This document shows, piece after piece, positions 13,219 through 27,586 of a stretch of DNA of 64,000 nucleotides. A program made the position numbers and the translations under genes. How positions within the stretch are numbered: position 1 is the first letter of the stretch; every line of letters starts with the position of its first letter. Origin of the DNA: Eledone cirrhosa (Eukaryota); contig OZ024750.1 of the NCBI GenBank assembly GCA_964016885.1, forward strand, positions 6,510,001 to 6,574,000, in the 5' to 3' direction. Below the pieces are notes generated by a model. It was not told the DNA's origin. It made no database searches and saw only the letters and a list, made by a program, of their open reading frames with translations.

Positions 13219-13454
13219 CGTGTGTGTGTTCCTGCATGTATGTATGAGTAAGTGTATGTTTGGATGCATGAAGATACGTGCTTGATAGAATAAAAATATG
13301 CGAAGGTTAAGTTGATGGAAATAAACGAAAAACGAATTTAAATTTAAAATGAAAATATTAATAAATGAATAAATAAAATAAAATCTGTAGAATGATAACA
13401 GAGATCGAACTTTTTTTAATTTTTAATAAGGATAACCATGATATATTGTTTGTG

Positions 13455-13720
13455 TTATCACGAGTTCGATCCTTGGCGGTGCGTTCTGTCGTTGAGCAAA
13501 ATACCTTATTTCGCATTATTCTCGTTTTTTCTCAGCTGATAAATGTGTTGTACCAGTAATACAAACGACAAACATCGTCAGATACTTTATCATGTCCAGT
13601 CTCTCTGATAATTATGTTAAGTATACACATTTCTGGGTAATGCTGAGCCACTTGTAACTTAATTTTACAGACAGGTGGTTCTGATGTTCAAACAATTGAA
13701 GCACCAGTTGTGATCTACAG
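13455..13720 (+). mobile_element. Diverged SINE, family A head with tail type 2
   Basis: GAGTTCGATCC B-box, TTGAGCAAAATACCTTATTTCGC CORE-like block, tail-2 similarity. Confidence 0.6.
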
Positions 13721-14479
13721 TCGACTAATACGTGGTTTGTTAAGACTTATGTTTAACAACCGTAAATATCTCTATATCGTGGAGTTTGTGAAAGGACCAT
13801 AGTAGAAATACAACAAAGGTTTAATAAGAAGTTACTGTAGTGCTCGTGGTGTTTGTTGTTGTTCTTTTGTTGTTGTTTTTCCAAGTCTGGCCCATCCTAG
13901 ATCAGCCTTGACCAAAGAAAATTATATTTATTGGTATAACATCTAATTTCGGATGATGTACTTGTCTGGTAAGTGGCTTGGTCTGAAACTATCTTGAAAC
14001 TATATCAATTACATCATGGAAGATTTATATTAACCATTTATCAACATAAAAAATTCACTTTACTTTATAGTTATCATTTATATTTGATACCAAAATTTTC
14101 ATCGCGCTATCTGCAACCCTACACACTTCCACTGCCACTCAAATTTGTTCTTCTTTAAGATGCTAGGATGTGATTTAAAGTTGGTTTGTCCGGGTGAATA
14201 AAATGATTTCATTTCTCGCCGCAAATCAACCCACTGCAATTTATATTTTATTTATTTTTCTTCTACGAATTTTAAACATTAAAAGCTGTGTAAATATCCG
14301 AACTGGGTTCCACTGTTTAGTACAGGAATTCCCATTATCTCTTTCTCGAATTACGTTTAGATGCTACACCAACTTGCGGTTCAAATATCAATAGCTACTT
14401 ATTTAATGTAAACCATTTAGGCAAACCAATTTTGCAGCTCTTAACTGCTTTGTAAAGAATTTACTGGAGGTCACCACTA

Positions 14480-14805
14480 TCCCCCTACTTTCGCCCACTT
14501 TCTCAAGAAGTTGATGAGGGCTTGGCTTGCGAACAAAATAAAAACTCCTTCACAGTAACCACCAGACAAAAGAAGACAACCTGCTCTCCCTTGCCAAAGG
14601 AAGGCGTTGGTTTGTTTTTCGACTGACTGCCGGATCCTTACCGAACGTGATGACAACTGTTCGTCCTAGACCGGCAAATCAGAAAAGCACAGTCCCTGAA
14701 CGAGATTCGTTTGCTAACACTGTCATGCCTGTAGAATTTATCCCAAACAAGTAATTCCCTCCTGTAGTGTTGTCTGATTAATGACTTTTGAAAGTTGTCC
14801 AATAT
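14480..14805 (-). pseudogene. Decayed L1/Tx1-clade LINE ORF2 C-terminal fragment (zf-RVT region)
   Basis: Across frameshifts the minus strand gives LDNFQKSLIRQHYRRELLVWDKFYRHDS ... EQLSSRSVRIRQS ... PSFGKGEQVVFFCLVVTVKE ... SQALINFLRKW, resembling the end of Tx1-like ORF2 as I recall it. Confidence 0.55.
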
Positions 14806-16094
14806 TGATAATAATAACAATAATTTCTGACATCAACTCAAGACGAAACAATTTGGAGGAGAATCATAGTAGATTACACCGGGTTCAGTACTTGACTGCC
14901 ATTGAATTTTACCAGCATCATAACAGTTAAAATGCAACGGCAACCACGGTTAGATTGAAGCCATAAACGGAAATAAATAGATAAATTCGAACGTCTAGCT
15001 TAGCACCAAGTAAATCCATATAGCAGAAAATCTAGAAAAAAATAATAAAAAAAACATAATTGAAAATGAAACCAAGATTCAGAATTTTTAACTCGATATC
15101 ACTCGTAAATTCCGACTTAACTCGGCTCATATCTGTGTGATGCAACTCAATGATTTCTTTTCCATTAAAAACCTTGTTCCTTTCACGTTGATAAAGTTAA
15201 AACTGTACAGTTACACCTTATATAGCTTATACCAATTCGGCTCAAATATTTATGGTTCAACAGTGTATATTTTTATGTTGACTGTTTAGCATTCTATGTA
15301 AAACATCTATTTCGCTGAAACCTAAACAGACCAAGTTTTATTTATATATTTCAATCTTATTCGTATGAAGCTACATGAAGTTCTTTTATGTTGAAGTAGA
15401 GGAAATCATATAGCAAAACTGTACAGCAATAGGAATAAAGAATATACAAAACATAGCAACATTACCCCCAACCAAGTTACGTAACTCTGTATAAGCATGA
15501 ACGTAAAAGAACAAAACAATAATTTCTAAGCTAAAGCTTTTAAGCTCAGAACATCATCTTATAAAATTGTAATATGAATATGACCAAAGAGTGGAATCAT
15601 ATGTCTTAGGTGCATTACACATTCTAGTTTCATTAATATGACCAAAGAGAAACATTTTATATATTCAGCTGCATAACACGTTCTGAAATAATTCAATGTC
15701 CATACGATCTCATAACTCCTCTCAACGTATGTCACAAAACAAAAAGTTCACAAGCTAACAAGCTACATAAAAACTTTCTGTCGGTTATGTTTCCTTCGTT
15801 TTCTCTTTAATTATTTATTTATAGGAAATTAGAGTTTTGCTTGAGATGAGATTTTGGCTTGGCTGTCTCGTTTTTCACATATAACACATTTAAAAAGATC
15901 GATATAATCAGTGTTAGAAATTAACTATTGTTTGTCACATACATAGAAATACATTTATGGATACATAACTGTACACTACAAACTTATACAGAGTATAAAC
16001 GAACGTATAAGCTGTATCTATCTATCTATCTATCTCTCTCTCTCTCTCTGTAAATGTCTCTATATATGTGTGTGTGTGTCTATGTGTGTATGTC

Positions 16095-16146
<52 letters not shown>

Positions 16147-17375
16147 TATATATATGTGTGTGTGTATGTCTCTATATATATTTGTGTGTGTGTATGTATA
16201 TCTCTCTCTCTCATATATATATATATATGTGTGTGTGTGTATATATATGTATGTGTGTGTGTTTATATATATTTATATATATATATATGTATATATATAC
16301 ATACAAAGAGAGAGAGATGTGACTGTATATACATGTGCTTATAGATATATACATAGAGATACGCACACACTCTCTCTCTCACACGCACACACACACACAC
16401 ACACTCACACGCACACTCACACTCACACACAGGCAGGTACAGTTATTCAACAGAATTCACACAAATATGTGTCTACGTATACAATCTATATATACACACC
16501 AGTCTATATGAACCACGTATTTGTATTTATCGATTATTTTATATAGCTTATATTATTGCAGCGCTTCGCTTTCAATGGTTCGAATTTAATCTTTATAGTG
16601 AAATAGACGTCAAGTTCGACTCATTGTCATAGATTTATTATTTATGTTTTCCTATTCTATGAATTAATGTAACTTTTACAAATTGCTCACACTTTCAAGA
16701 GACTTGAATTATAGCATAACAATTACTGTTGTAGTAACTCCACCATACAAATAACACCGTAGCTTCAGTAATTTGGGTCTTAGTCAGTAACTGTTAAGAT
16801 AAGGTACATTTAGAATACGTCTTATGAGAGGAATTTAAGATATCTGTACCTCTTATCGACATACTCTCTGTGAGTGAGTTTTAGCAATTAAATATATATT
16901 CTATCACTCATTAGTTGCACGAATTTATTTTCCTGGTTCGAGGAAACAGGATAACATAGAATTTGGATTATATACGACACTCACCAACTCAATAGATGCC
17001 ATTGAAGATAACTACTTGAGATCTTGTGCAGCAGTCCTTGACATCGCTGGAACGAACTTTCAAAGACAAATTCTACAGAAAGCCATGACAACATCAAAAG
17101 GCTTCGCCTGAGAATCACTCACTATTCGTCATAAAACACTCGAACATGTATCTCTAAGCGGTTCGTCACATAACAGGCTGATGCACCCAAGCAAGTATCT
17201 GTAGGCAGATAGCAATAGATAAAGTGTATCCTAAAAGACATCTTAGATAGATATGCCTGCTATCAAAGAGACTTTACAAATAATGACAAAGCTTATTAAC
17301 AAGTAAATAATCTTATGAAATGTTAAAACAAATCTATAGCAAAATAAAATATTTTCCCTTAACGAAAATTGTGGA

Positions 17376-17625
17376 CGCAGCATGGCTGAATTGTTAAGAA
17401 GTAACTTTTCAATCAATAGATCCAGGGTGTAACCCCGTTGCGTGAGATCTTGGACAATTGTCATTTACAATAGCCTTGGGTCAACCCATGCCTTATAAAT
17501 GATAAATTGTACCCCGAGAATTGCTTTATGGATTAAACGTATCTGTAGACTAGACACGTAAATTTCATAAGCAGGTTTTTCTGTCGATTGAAGAAATGAA
17601 ACATTCATCGTCGAAACTGACGGAT
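17376..17625 (+). mobile_element. Diverged SINE, family G head joined to tail type 2
   Basis: CATGGCTGAATTGTTAAGAAG head like 54540; ends CATTCATCGTCGAAACTGACGGA like 4893-4915. Confidence 0.6.
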
Positions 17626-19244
17626 TTCTATTCCATTCCTTCCTATACCGAGTGTTGATATTCCCTAATTAGGATTTCATAGCTCTGGGCTGTGGAACAC
17701 TTGAGGCTTACATTGTCTAGGTTTAGTTAACTTGTTAACAAGATTGAAATATTTTATCTTAAAATATTCTTTCTATTTCTCTGTTTAAAGAATGGTTCAT
17801 CATACGCCTTCTTAACGCTACTACTATTAATATTAACAAACAGACTTGAACAATAGATTTTAGAACATTTGTGGTCAGTGAAAGGATTGACTTTTGTCAG
17901 TTTACGACTTAAAGTGGTAGGGAATTCATCTGGAAAGAAACAAATAAAACCTTTGCATTTAGTACCCCTACTTTTTTTAACTTCCATTTTAGCTACCCTA
18001 TTAAAATATCGTCTAGGATAAATTACCGATAAAGATGTTTTCTTTCCCTTATTTTAAACTCTAAAACATTTTAAAATGTTTAAATGTTTATTTCAGCGCC
18101 GATGGTTTTTCACTAAAGTTGTTTGTTTTTCTCTGTATGTTTAATCTGAGAAAATAACTCAGTAAATATATTTGCTTTTTTTTTGTGTGTGTCTTGTTTT
18201 CTGTTAGCTATTAACGATTTAATTGGCAAATAATGATGAACTTAAACGTGGGATATCGTCTCGAAATTTTTCTGAAAATTAATTTAAAAAAATTAAAAAA
18301 ATTAAATGTTATCATAGCTATCAAAAAATTAAATGTTATCATAGCTTCTGACTGCCTTGACTATTATTCTTATTTTTTTTTTAAATTCAATTCGTAAATA
18401 CTCATTTGGCATTGTCCAATCCAAGCACGCCCTAGAAGGTATGAAACGCTATATAGCTTCAAGCTGTAATAAATTTCCTTGGAATTTTGCAGACTTCAAG
18501 TAGATTATAACTTTTGTAGCTATGAAGAAAAATCCTTGCTCACTACGCTAGGTTTCATTATTGTTGTCATTATGTATGTTATTACTATTATTACTTTATT
18601 ATTATTATTGTGTATTACTGCTTCCTTTCCACCATGGGCAACAATTTCAAGCACATAGGAGAAATTTTTCAGTTGAATTGGTAGATTTGTAATTAGAATC
18701 AAACAACACTGTTACTTTATTTAAAAGGTGCCTTGCGGGGAATCTATGTTGAGGACATAGGGCAAAAGAAAGTCCATTTCCATTTCATCTTCCTTTTCGT
18801 TTAGTTTATTGTTGCAGTTGTTGTTTTTTTCTTACACATCTTAAACATTTTTCGTAACGCTTGAACAAAGGAATTTGAAATTATTTTTTTAATTATTTTG
18901 TAATGTCCGCCGTCAGCGTCAACATAAAAAAACAAGGTATATTTTATATATTTTATTGGTATATTTATTAATTTCGTTATTTTCAGTTACTCCTTCAATT
19001 TATTTTTTCAATTTCACAAATTTTAATTTTCCTATTTTCCGATCAGAAGATTTTTGCAAGAATGAACTTTTTTTTTTTTTTTGGTTAGACCTTATAAGGC
19101 CCTGTAGTTTAGCAGTTGTAGAATATGGTACGGAGATATTTAGCACCTTCTCCACCCATTCCTTGATCATTCGGATAAGTAGAACTTTAAACAACTGTGT
19201 TGCCCCACGATAGCAGAGAGTACTGAATCAAGCAGTGAACATAT

Positions 19245-19287
<43 letters not shown>

Positions 19288-19290
<3 letters not shown>

Positions 19291-19456
19291 TATTTCCCGG
19301 CGCCGAAGACGTTTCGTCCTCGAAAACTTACCCTAATTTTGACAACCAAAAATAAAAAAAAATAATAATAAACAACGTTCGGCCTCTAGGACGCATGGTA
19401 GATTTTTTTAGACTTATTTTAAGAAAAATTAGCGTCTTCGACGCCGGGAAATACGG
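19288..19456. mobile_element. 169-bp MITE with Tc2-like (CCGTA) TIRs, inserted in a (TA)n tract
   Basis: Left GCGTATTTCCCGGCGCCGAAGACG; right CGTCTTCGACGCCGGGAAATACGG followed by TA (22/24 match). CCGTA termini with TA targets typify the TcMar-Tc2 group. Confidence 0.85.
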
Positions 19457-19624
19457 TATATGTATATATGTGAGTATATATATATATATATATATATATG
19501 AACCCAAAGTTCCTGATCTTGTCATAGAAGCGCCGTCGTAACATACTTATGAAATGTCTTGGACACTTTAAACCTGGTGGAACCTATCCCATTTCAGGGT
19601 CGGAAAACAGCCAGGTTCTGTCAT

Positions 19625-19795
19625 AGATAGGGGGGGGGGTCGACCCCAGTACTGGTTTGACACTTTTTTTTATCGCCCTCGAAATGGGGAAAGGCAAAGT
19701 TGACTTCTTTGGGATTTGACCTTGAATAGCGTAGAGAGGTGAAACGATTACCACAAAGAATTCTATCCGATGCTCTAACGACTCTGCCAATTTGA
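19625..19795 (-). mobile_element. SINE family B
   Basis: GGTCGACCCCAGTACTGG..AAAGGCAAAGTTGAC..GGGATTTGA..CTCTAACGACTCTGCCA. Confidence 0.75.
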
Positions 19796-19899
<104 letters not shown>

Positions 19900-21167
19900 A
19901 TTTCGTCACTTCCATATTTCATACTTTTTATGCACCATCAGGAGTAATAACCAAATGGATTGGATATCCACTTTCGATAGATTACAAATTTTTGACACAT
20001 GAGTTGTCTCTTTGAATCCCTCTTCTTCCCTAAAACATTCACTTATTGCATTGCTTTAGGGATTTCAGAAATGGCATCTAACAAGATTTGAATTCCTGAC
20101 TCAAGAGAACAAAAATCTGATGCGGTTCTCGTTACACCACTAAAACTATTGATTTTTTTTTTTTTTTTACACATAGGCACAAGCCTGGTTTGGTGTTGCT
20201 GGATTTTACGAAATTATTTAACTATAAAAAAAACCCATAATTATGATATCGTTTACTGATCTTACACAACAGTATTGTTCTCATACAAAGACCACAGTTG
20301 TGACATCGTTTACTCAATCTCATAAAACAGCTTTTTTTATTCTTTTGCTAACACAATGAATCTTTTTGACCACAAAATAAACGAAACATATAAATTGCAA
20401 ATACTGCCAATAACACTATACGAGAAAACAAAAAAGCATTTGGGGTATTTTTTTCTTCTTTTCCTCTAGGAAAAGAAACATATTAAATTTAGCAATCTAA
20501 AAAAAAGAATTAGATTCGATTTCTATCTGCCAAGCAAAGTTTTTTTGTTGACCTGTTCTATATTGCAATTATATATATTTGTTTTTAATTCAATTCATTT
20601 TTTTTTTCTTTTTTTTTTTTTCTGTTTCCTTTCAAACATTTCTCTGTAATATTAAACCAATTTGATAGTGATTTCGCGTAAGGTAATCACAAAACTGCCT
20701 TTCTGAATGTCTTTACAAGAAAGTTAAAGAGAAATGGGTGATGAGAAATATAAATGAAAGAGAAAAAATAAAAGGGTGGCTGGATAAGTTTTCTTTGAAT
20801 TGAAGAAATTCATTCTTCATATTTTTCTTTTTTCCCCATTTGCTTCGGTCTTTCTGTCTTTCTATCTTTCTTTCATTACTAGTTATGCCTCTTTCTTTTA
20901 TGCCTGGGTGGGTGCCGGTTCTAATGTATTGTCAATTTTGATGTTGATGTTCTTGTTCCTGTCACTGTCATTGTCATTTTTGTTATGATTGCTTTCTTTT
21001 TTGTTGCTATTGTTGTTGTTAATGTTATTGTTATGTTGTTTTTTCTTCATTCTGATTTCTTGTTTCAATTTCTTACAACATCACCTTTTCTACACATGTT
21101 CTTTTGTTTTTGATTGACGTGTGTATCAATTTTGATACTAAACTATTTTACACCGTGAACACAGATT

Positions 21168-21760
21168 CTTTCTTTCTCTCTCTGCCTCTATCATTCCCCC
21201 TTCTCTCTCTCTCTCTTTATCTCTCTACCTCTCTATCACCCCTCTCTCTACCTCTTCCTCCCATATCGCTCTCTCTATCTCTCTCTTATACTAAACTATT
21301 TTACATCTTTAAAACAGTTTCTCTCTCTATCTATCTCTCTAACTCTCCCTCTCGCTTTCTTTTTCTCTCTTTATCTCTCTATCTCTATCACTCCCCTCTC
21401 TCTCCATCTCTTACCCCCTCTCCATCTCTTACTCCCCTCTCTCTCCATCTCTTACTCCCCCCTCTCTCCATCTCTTACTCCCCCCTCTCTCCAGTCTTAC
21501 CCCCTCTCCATCTCTCTCTGTCTATCTCTCTCTATATATCTATCTATCTATCTCTGTATATATGTATCTCTATCTCTATCACCCCCCTCTCTCTCCCCAT
21601 CTCTCTCCATCCCCTCCCCTCTCTCCACATCTCTCTACCCTCACTCCATCCAATCCCCCCCTCTCTCCCCATCTCTCTCCATCCCATCCCATCCCCTCTC
21701 TCTCCCCATCTCTCTTCATCCCTTCCAATCCCCCTCTCTCTGGTTTTCTTTTCTTTTGTC
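21168..21760. repeat. Polypyrimidine/polypurine (CT-rich) low-complexity tract
   Basis: Direct inspection; source of spurious ORF 21104+. Confidence 0.9.
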
Positions 21761-22029
21761 TCCTTTAAATCTATTTTATCAACCCCTATATTATATATTT
21801 GGTTCTATCTGAAATCATCTTTATTCCTAACAATGGCCCCTAATCCCCCATTTACTATATTCTACTTCCTCCATACTATTATACTTCATTTTCAGTTATA
21901 AGGCCTTTATCTTCAGTCCTCCATTATCTCGTTTAATCATTTTGTATCGAAACAAATTTTAAAATATTTTAACTGATGTTTGTTAAGGGAAACAAAGTCT
22001 ATTTTAAGAACTTCGGGCAGTGGAACGAT

Positions 22030-22405
22030 GTTTGTATGCGTGTATGTATGTATGTATGTATGTATGTATGTATGTATGTATGTATGTGTGTATGATTGTG
22101 TGTATGTATGTATGTGTGTATGATTGTGTGTATGTATGTATGTGTGTGTGTAGATGTATGCATGTATGTATGTGTGTGTGTGTGTACGTATGCATGTATG
22201 ATGTATATATGTATGTGTGTACGTTTGTATGTATGTACGTATGCATATACTTATTTATGTATGAATATATGTATGTATGTGCTTGTTTTTGTATGCATGT
22301 ATGTACTTATTTGTTATGTATGTACATAGTACTTATTTATATATGTATGTAGGTACATACGTTCTTGTTTATGTATGTATGTATATATTTATGTATGTAT
22401 GTATA
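22030..22405. repeat. Degenerate (TATG)n microsatellite
   Basis: Direct inspection. Confidence 0.9.
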
Positions 22406-23171
22406 TCACACTAGCATACAAGATATAATATTAACTACATCTAATATATCATAGAATATATTGTATATTCAAATAGAAAGAAAAGTAATATTTCTAAAAA
22501 TTACGAAGATTTATTGCTCAAAATTTCCCGCTTTAATTTGTGATATATTCTTGTTACAATTGTCAAATATGGCGTATCAGTTTCATTTTATGGTGCTATT
22601 TGTAAGAACGTGATTATTGATATACGTCTATATTTGCTTATATGGGTACCTGTGAGAGTATACTTACAAGTCCACATATGTGTGTGCGCTTGGTTCTACA
22701 TATTGATTGAGTTTAAATATGTGTCAATATGTATGTGAGTTTAATGGTGAGTAAATGTGTATGTTATTATATCGGAAAATATATATTTCTGTGAACGTGT
22801 AAATGTTGTGTATGTATTTGTATGATAATGGAGTCGTAAGTGGATGAATAAATGCGTAAGTGAGTTCAGAGAGATGCATTTGTGCGTGACAGTGGCTCAA
22901 TAAGTATGTATACGTCTGTTTATTTGTGAGAATCTAAGCTAACGGGTGTATATAAATGTTGTTTTGTGTGTGTCAAGGCAATATGTATAAATATAGGAAT
23001 TAAGTGAGTGTGAATTATTTTGTGTATTATATTTGATTTTATTATGGTGATCTTGTCTATGTATGAAAATATTGGAGAAGCCACCTTGATGCTAGCTACT
23101 TATAGTAATGGATCTCAAACTGATTTCTATTTTATTTGGCCAATGGAATTACATGTTCGTGTTATTACTGT

Positions 23172-23382
23172 GAAGGCAGCGGATTGGCAGTATCGGTAGA
23201 GCACCGGACAACATGCTTCGTGGCGTAGAGTTACGTCCCTTTACGTTCCGAGTTCAAATCCCGCCGAGATTAGTTTTGCGTTTCATCCTTACGGAACCCA
23301 TAAAATAAAGCACCAGTAATGCACTCAGGTCCATTTAATCGACTTTCCCCTCTCCCCTTCAAATTGCTGGCCTTGTGCCTTG
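23172..23382 (+). mobile_element. SINE family B, long form, full length
   Basis: TGGCAGTATCGGTAGA A-box, GAGTTCAAATCCC B-box, body, tail AAATTGCTGGCCTTGTGCC. Confidence 0.88.
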
Positions 23383-23445
23383 TGGATAATTTTCAGATAG
23401 ACACTACGTGACTCAGTATGTGATAAAGTTGATCCTTTAACATGC

Positions 23446-23494
<49 letters not shown>

Positions 23495-23555
23495 ATGTTT
23501 TGAAACTGCGAGTGAGTTTGAAATTAGAAATAGAAGCTTTCGCTGTATTTATTGG

Positions 23556-23626
23556 CTAAGAAATTTAAGCGTAATAAATAGTAGGGTTTAGAACCTTCTA
23601 AGAGATGGAAAAAGATGAGTATTGAT
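23556..23626. repeat. Dispersed repeat family E (inverted copy at 38714-38780)
   Basis: TAGGGTTTAGAACCTTCTAAAGAGATGGAAAAAGATGAGTATTGA matches the reverse complement of TCAATACTCATCTTTTTCCATTTCTTAGAGGGTTCTAAACCCTA. Confidence 0.8.
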
Positions 23627-24349
23627 GTTCAGGCACGCACGTACGTACGCACGTACGTACGTGCGTACGTGCGTACGTATGTATGTATAAAAAGAGTGAG
23701 AGGAGGATAATGTGGAGTAATGGAACAATTTATTATTTTTAAATCGTGAATTTTGGAGAAGCTTTGTCAGGAATGTTCGACTGTGGTCGCAATAATGATG
23801 ATGATGATTTAAAAAAAAAAAAACGTTACCCGTAAAGAAATTGGTTTTCTCAAAAGTGCCATGAATTATTTTGGATTTTGGCAGAATAGAGAAACGAAAC
23901 TTAATCTATCCTACTGTTGATTATATAGTGTCGGGTCTACCTTCTTTGAGAAGAAAGATTCTCCACTATCTTTGGCAGTAAATCACCACTAGTACCACCT
24001 CCAGAATCACTAGTAGTATATGACATGACATTTTATCACCGTTCAACCAAAATTGAGGTTTACTTCACGTATACTGACATATAAGACCATAGATTATAAT
24101 TATCATCTTGAAACACATTTCAGTAATCGTAGTTATACCTAATCAGTTTGTAGAATTACTTATGGAGTGGCATGATACACTGCTTTTATCCAAACTTCAA
24201 ACTCTTTAGTTTTACATAACGGTTCCAGTCATTCTCAGGAGGATAAAAGGATTCGATGTTGACAAGGTAATCGATGGAATTGGGTCCCAGTTTCGTGCTC
24301 CGCCATTACATCATATTTTACATGGCTCAGTATTTCTTTCTACCAAAAT

Positions 24350-24558
24350 CTCTTCCCCCCCCCGCCTCTCTCCCCCCCTCTCTCCATCTCTCTCCCTCTC
24401 TCTCCCTCTCTCTCTCCCTCTCCCTCTCTCTCCCTCTCCCTCTCTTTCTCTTTCTCTATCTCTCTCTCTGTCTCTCTCTCTGTCTCTCTCTCTGTCTCTC
24501 TGTATATATATATAAATAAATATATGTATATATATATATAAATAAATATGTATATATA

Positions 24559-24599
<41 letters not shown>

Positions 24600-24606
24600 A
24601 TATATA

Positions 24607-24659
<53 letters not shown>

Positions 24660-24668
24660 ATATATATA

Positions 24669-24725
<57 letters not shown>

Positions 24726-24740
24726 GTGTATATATATATA

Positions 24741-24775
<35 letters not shown>

Positions 24776-24810
24776 GTGTATATATATATATATATGTGTA
24801 TATATATATA

Positions 24811-24854
<44 letters not shown>

Positions 24855-24949
24855 TGTATATATATATATGTATATATATATATGTGTGTGTATGTGTATA
24901 TATATATGTGTGTGTATATATATATGTGTGTGTGTGTATATATATATGT

Positions 24950-24992
<43 letters not shown>

Positions 24993-25078
24993 TGTGTGTA
25001 TATATATATGTATGTGTATATATATATATATGTGTGTGTGTATATATATATGTGTGTGTATATATATATGCGTGTATA

Positions 25079-25129
<51 letters not shown>

Positions 25130-25147
25130 GCATATATATATATATAA
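24350..25147. repeat. Compound (CT)n then (TA)n/(TG)n microsatellite
   Basis: Direct inspection. Confidence 0.95.
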
Positions 25148-25574
25148 TGTCCATTTCTATGTTATTATGCCGTGTAATTCAACCATTTTCAATTCTCAGT
25201 GGTTATAACTACATTAATATTTATTGGTAAGAACATCACCATCTTTCTTAAAACTTGAGATGCCATTCCTATGTGACAATTATTCAGGATGATAGATAAG
25301 AAGGTTGCGGAGATTATAAACCTGTTGTTGATGTTGTTGTTGTTGTAGCTCAATCTCAATTCTTGGGTTTTTGTAGTCGTCTACACATGGAACAAAATGA
25401 GATATCTTGCTATCTTGGACATTAAATGGAGTCTTTCTCTGCACAGCCAAGGCGATGACAAATGCCAATGTAACAAAGTATAGAAGTGATTTTCATATAA
25501 TTTGATAAAGAAAAAAAAAAGGAATGCAAATCTAGCGTTGCATAACTAGCACCAACTACAAAACCATTCGGTAT

Positions 25575-25616
<42 letters not shown>

Positions 25617-25621
<5 letters not shown>

Positions 25622-25926
25622 CAATATGTTGAAAAGGTAACACACCAGAGAGAGATATACAGTGCGCTATCAATAATTATAGAGGTATTTATTTACGCTT
25701 TAATTTATATTTTTAATTATCGTGTCTATAGTCTGCCTTTCATAGTTTATAGATTCCATACACTGGTGGGTTTTTTCCCTGTTTTATTGATAGCGCACTG
25801 TATATCTCTCTCTGGTGTGTTACCTTTTCAACATATTGTATTTTAAAGAGCTCAGGATTTCTTCTCCTTTGAGCACATTATTTACAGGGAATGGCGAGGG
25901 CCTATGGCTCCGTTAATTTATCGTGA
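25617..25926 (+). mobile_element. (TA)n-flanked insert with perfect 60-bp internal inverted duplication (putative PLE fragment)
   Basis: 25617-25676 is the exact reverse complement of 25784-25843; (TA)n on both sides; TTGAGCAC about 55 nt from the right end. Confidence 0.6.
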
Positions 25927-26072
25927 TATATATATATATAAATATATATATATATATCATATCATATCATTGTATTTGATGTTCCAGTTACATCTGAAAT
26001 TGGTGATTACAAAGTTGTTATAATATCAACTAATTTATATTAAGATATTAGTAAAAAGTAATTATATATATA

Positions 26073-26160
<88 letters not shown>

Positions 26161-27268
26161 GTCTCTGTGTGTATATGTACGTATTTGTAAATATGCATGA
26201 GTATCTCATAATACCACTTCTATGTGTGTGTGTATATATATATATATATTCATAAAAAGGCTATATATATATATATATATATATATAAATACACTGATAA
26301 AAAGGCTATATATATATATATATATATGTACATACATAGGGTATGTATAAGAAAATATGTCCTCACACCACTCGCAGCAGCCACTCTCACTCTCACAGAC
26401 ATGCATATGTCAATTGATGTAGAAAGTAAATAAATATACATGTATATATATTATCTTATATATATATCAGTGTGCTAATGATATATCTATGTAAAAAATA
26501 TATGTATGCATCACTTATGAATGAATGCTTCAAAAATAATGACCACCAACTGTTATAAGGAAAGCCTCTCCCTTGGGCAAGTATTAGCAAACCAAATGAT
26601 CTTGAACTGCAGATAGAAATTCATACTATAGGTGTGTGGAATCTGTATTTATTTTTATCAAAGTGACCCAATTTTCAGACACCTACCATTTAATGGAGCT
26701 TGTAGGGAGTGTCGTAGTTATTAATATATTTGCTTTGTCCCAGTCGCTAAAAAATTCTTTATGGTTTTCAATCGAAAACAAAACCCAGTGTTTCTAATGC
26801 CCAGATATGAAAGGAAATGCGTATATTGGGCCTACTGCAGATATAACATCTCTTTAAAGACCTCTTTCAATCATGTCCTCGGTTGTATTCAGAAGTATAT
26901 TTGAAGTGAATGTGTGCATCTGTTTTTTGTTGCTGTTGTTTTGTGTGTTTTCCAGTGGGATGGGGAGATCGGGGATTGTTGCTTTCATATGTGCAAACCC
27001 AGTTAATGTTCTTGTCTGTGTGCAGCAGATGTGTGCATATCACTTTGTAAATAAATATGTGTAAATGCATGTATGTAAGTATGTATGTATGTATGTAAAT
27101 TATTTGTGTAAAGTGAGAGCGTCTAATGTATATGTGTTTAAACTGCATAACATATGCATGGGATGTTTTGATGATTACACATGTTAGGTAATTTATTTGT
27201 TATCGTATGTACCGTAAACAAAAGGTATGCGTATATGTATATCAAATAACGTGTGTGTATGATTGTAT

Positions 27269-27279
<11 letters not shown>

Positions 27280-27322
<43 letters not shown>

Positions 27323-27509
27323 GGTTTATATATATATATATATATATATATGTAGGTTTATATATATATATATATATATGTAGGTTTATATATATATATA
27401 TATATGTAGGTTTATATATATGTAGGTTTATATATATATATATATATATATAGGTAGGTTTATATATATATATATATATATATATAGGTAGGTTTATATA
27501 TATATATAT

Positions 27510-27572
<63 letters not shown>

Positions 27573-27585
27573 TTTATATATATAT
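27280..27585. repeat. (TA)n array punctuated by about 9 (GTA)GGTT anchors
   Basis: Direct inspection. Confidence 0.9.
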
Positions 27586-27586
27586 G

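Noticed and set aside
25280-25468. 62-aa ORF with polyQ
   Set aside because: The polyQ comes from a (CAA)n repeat; no recognisable domain or splice signals.
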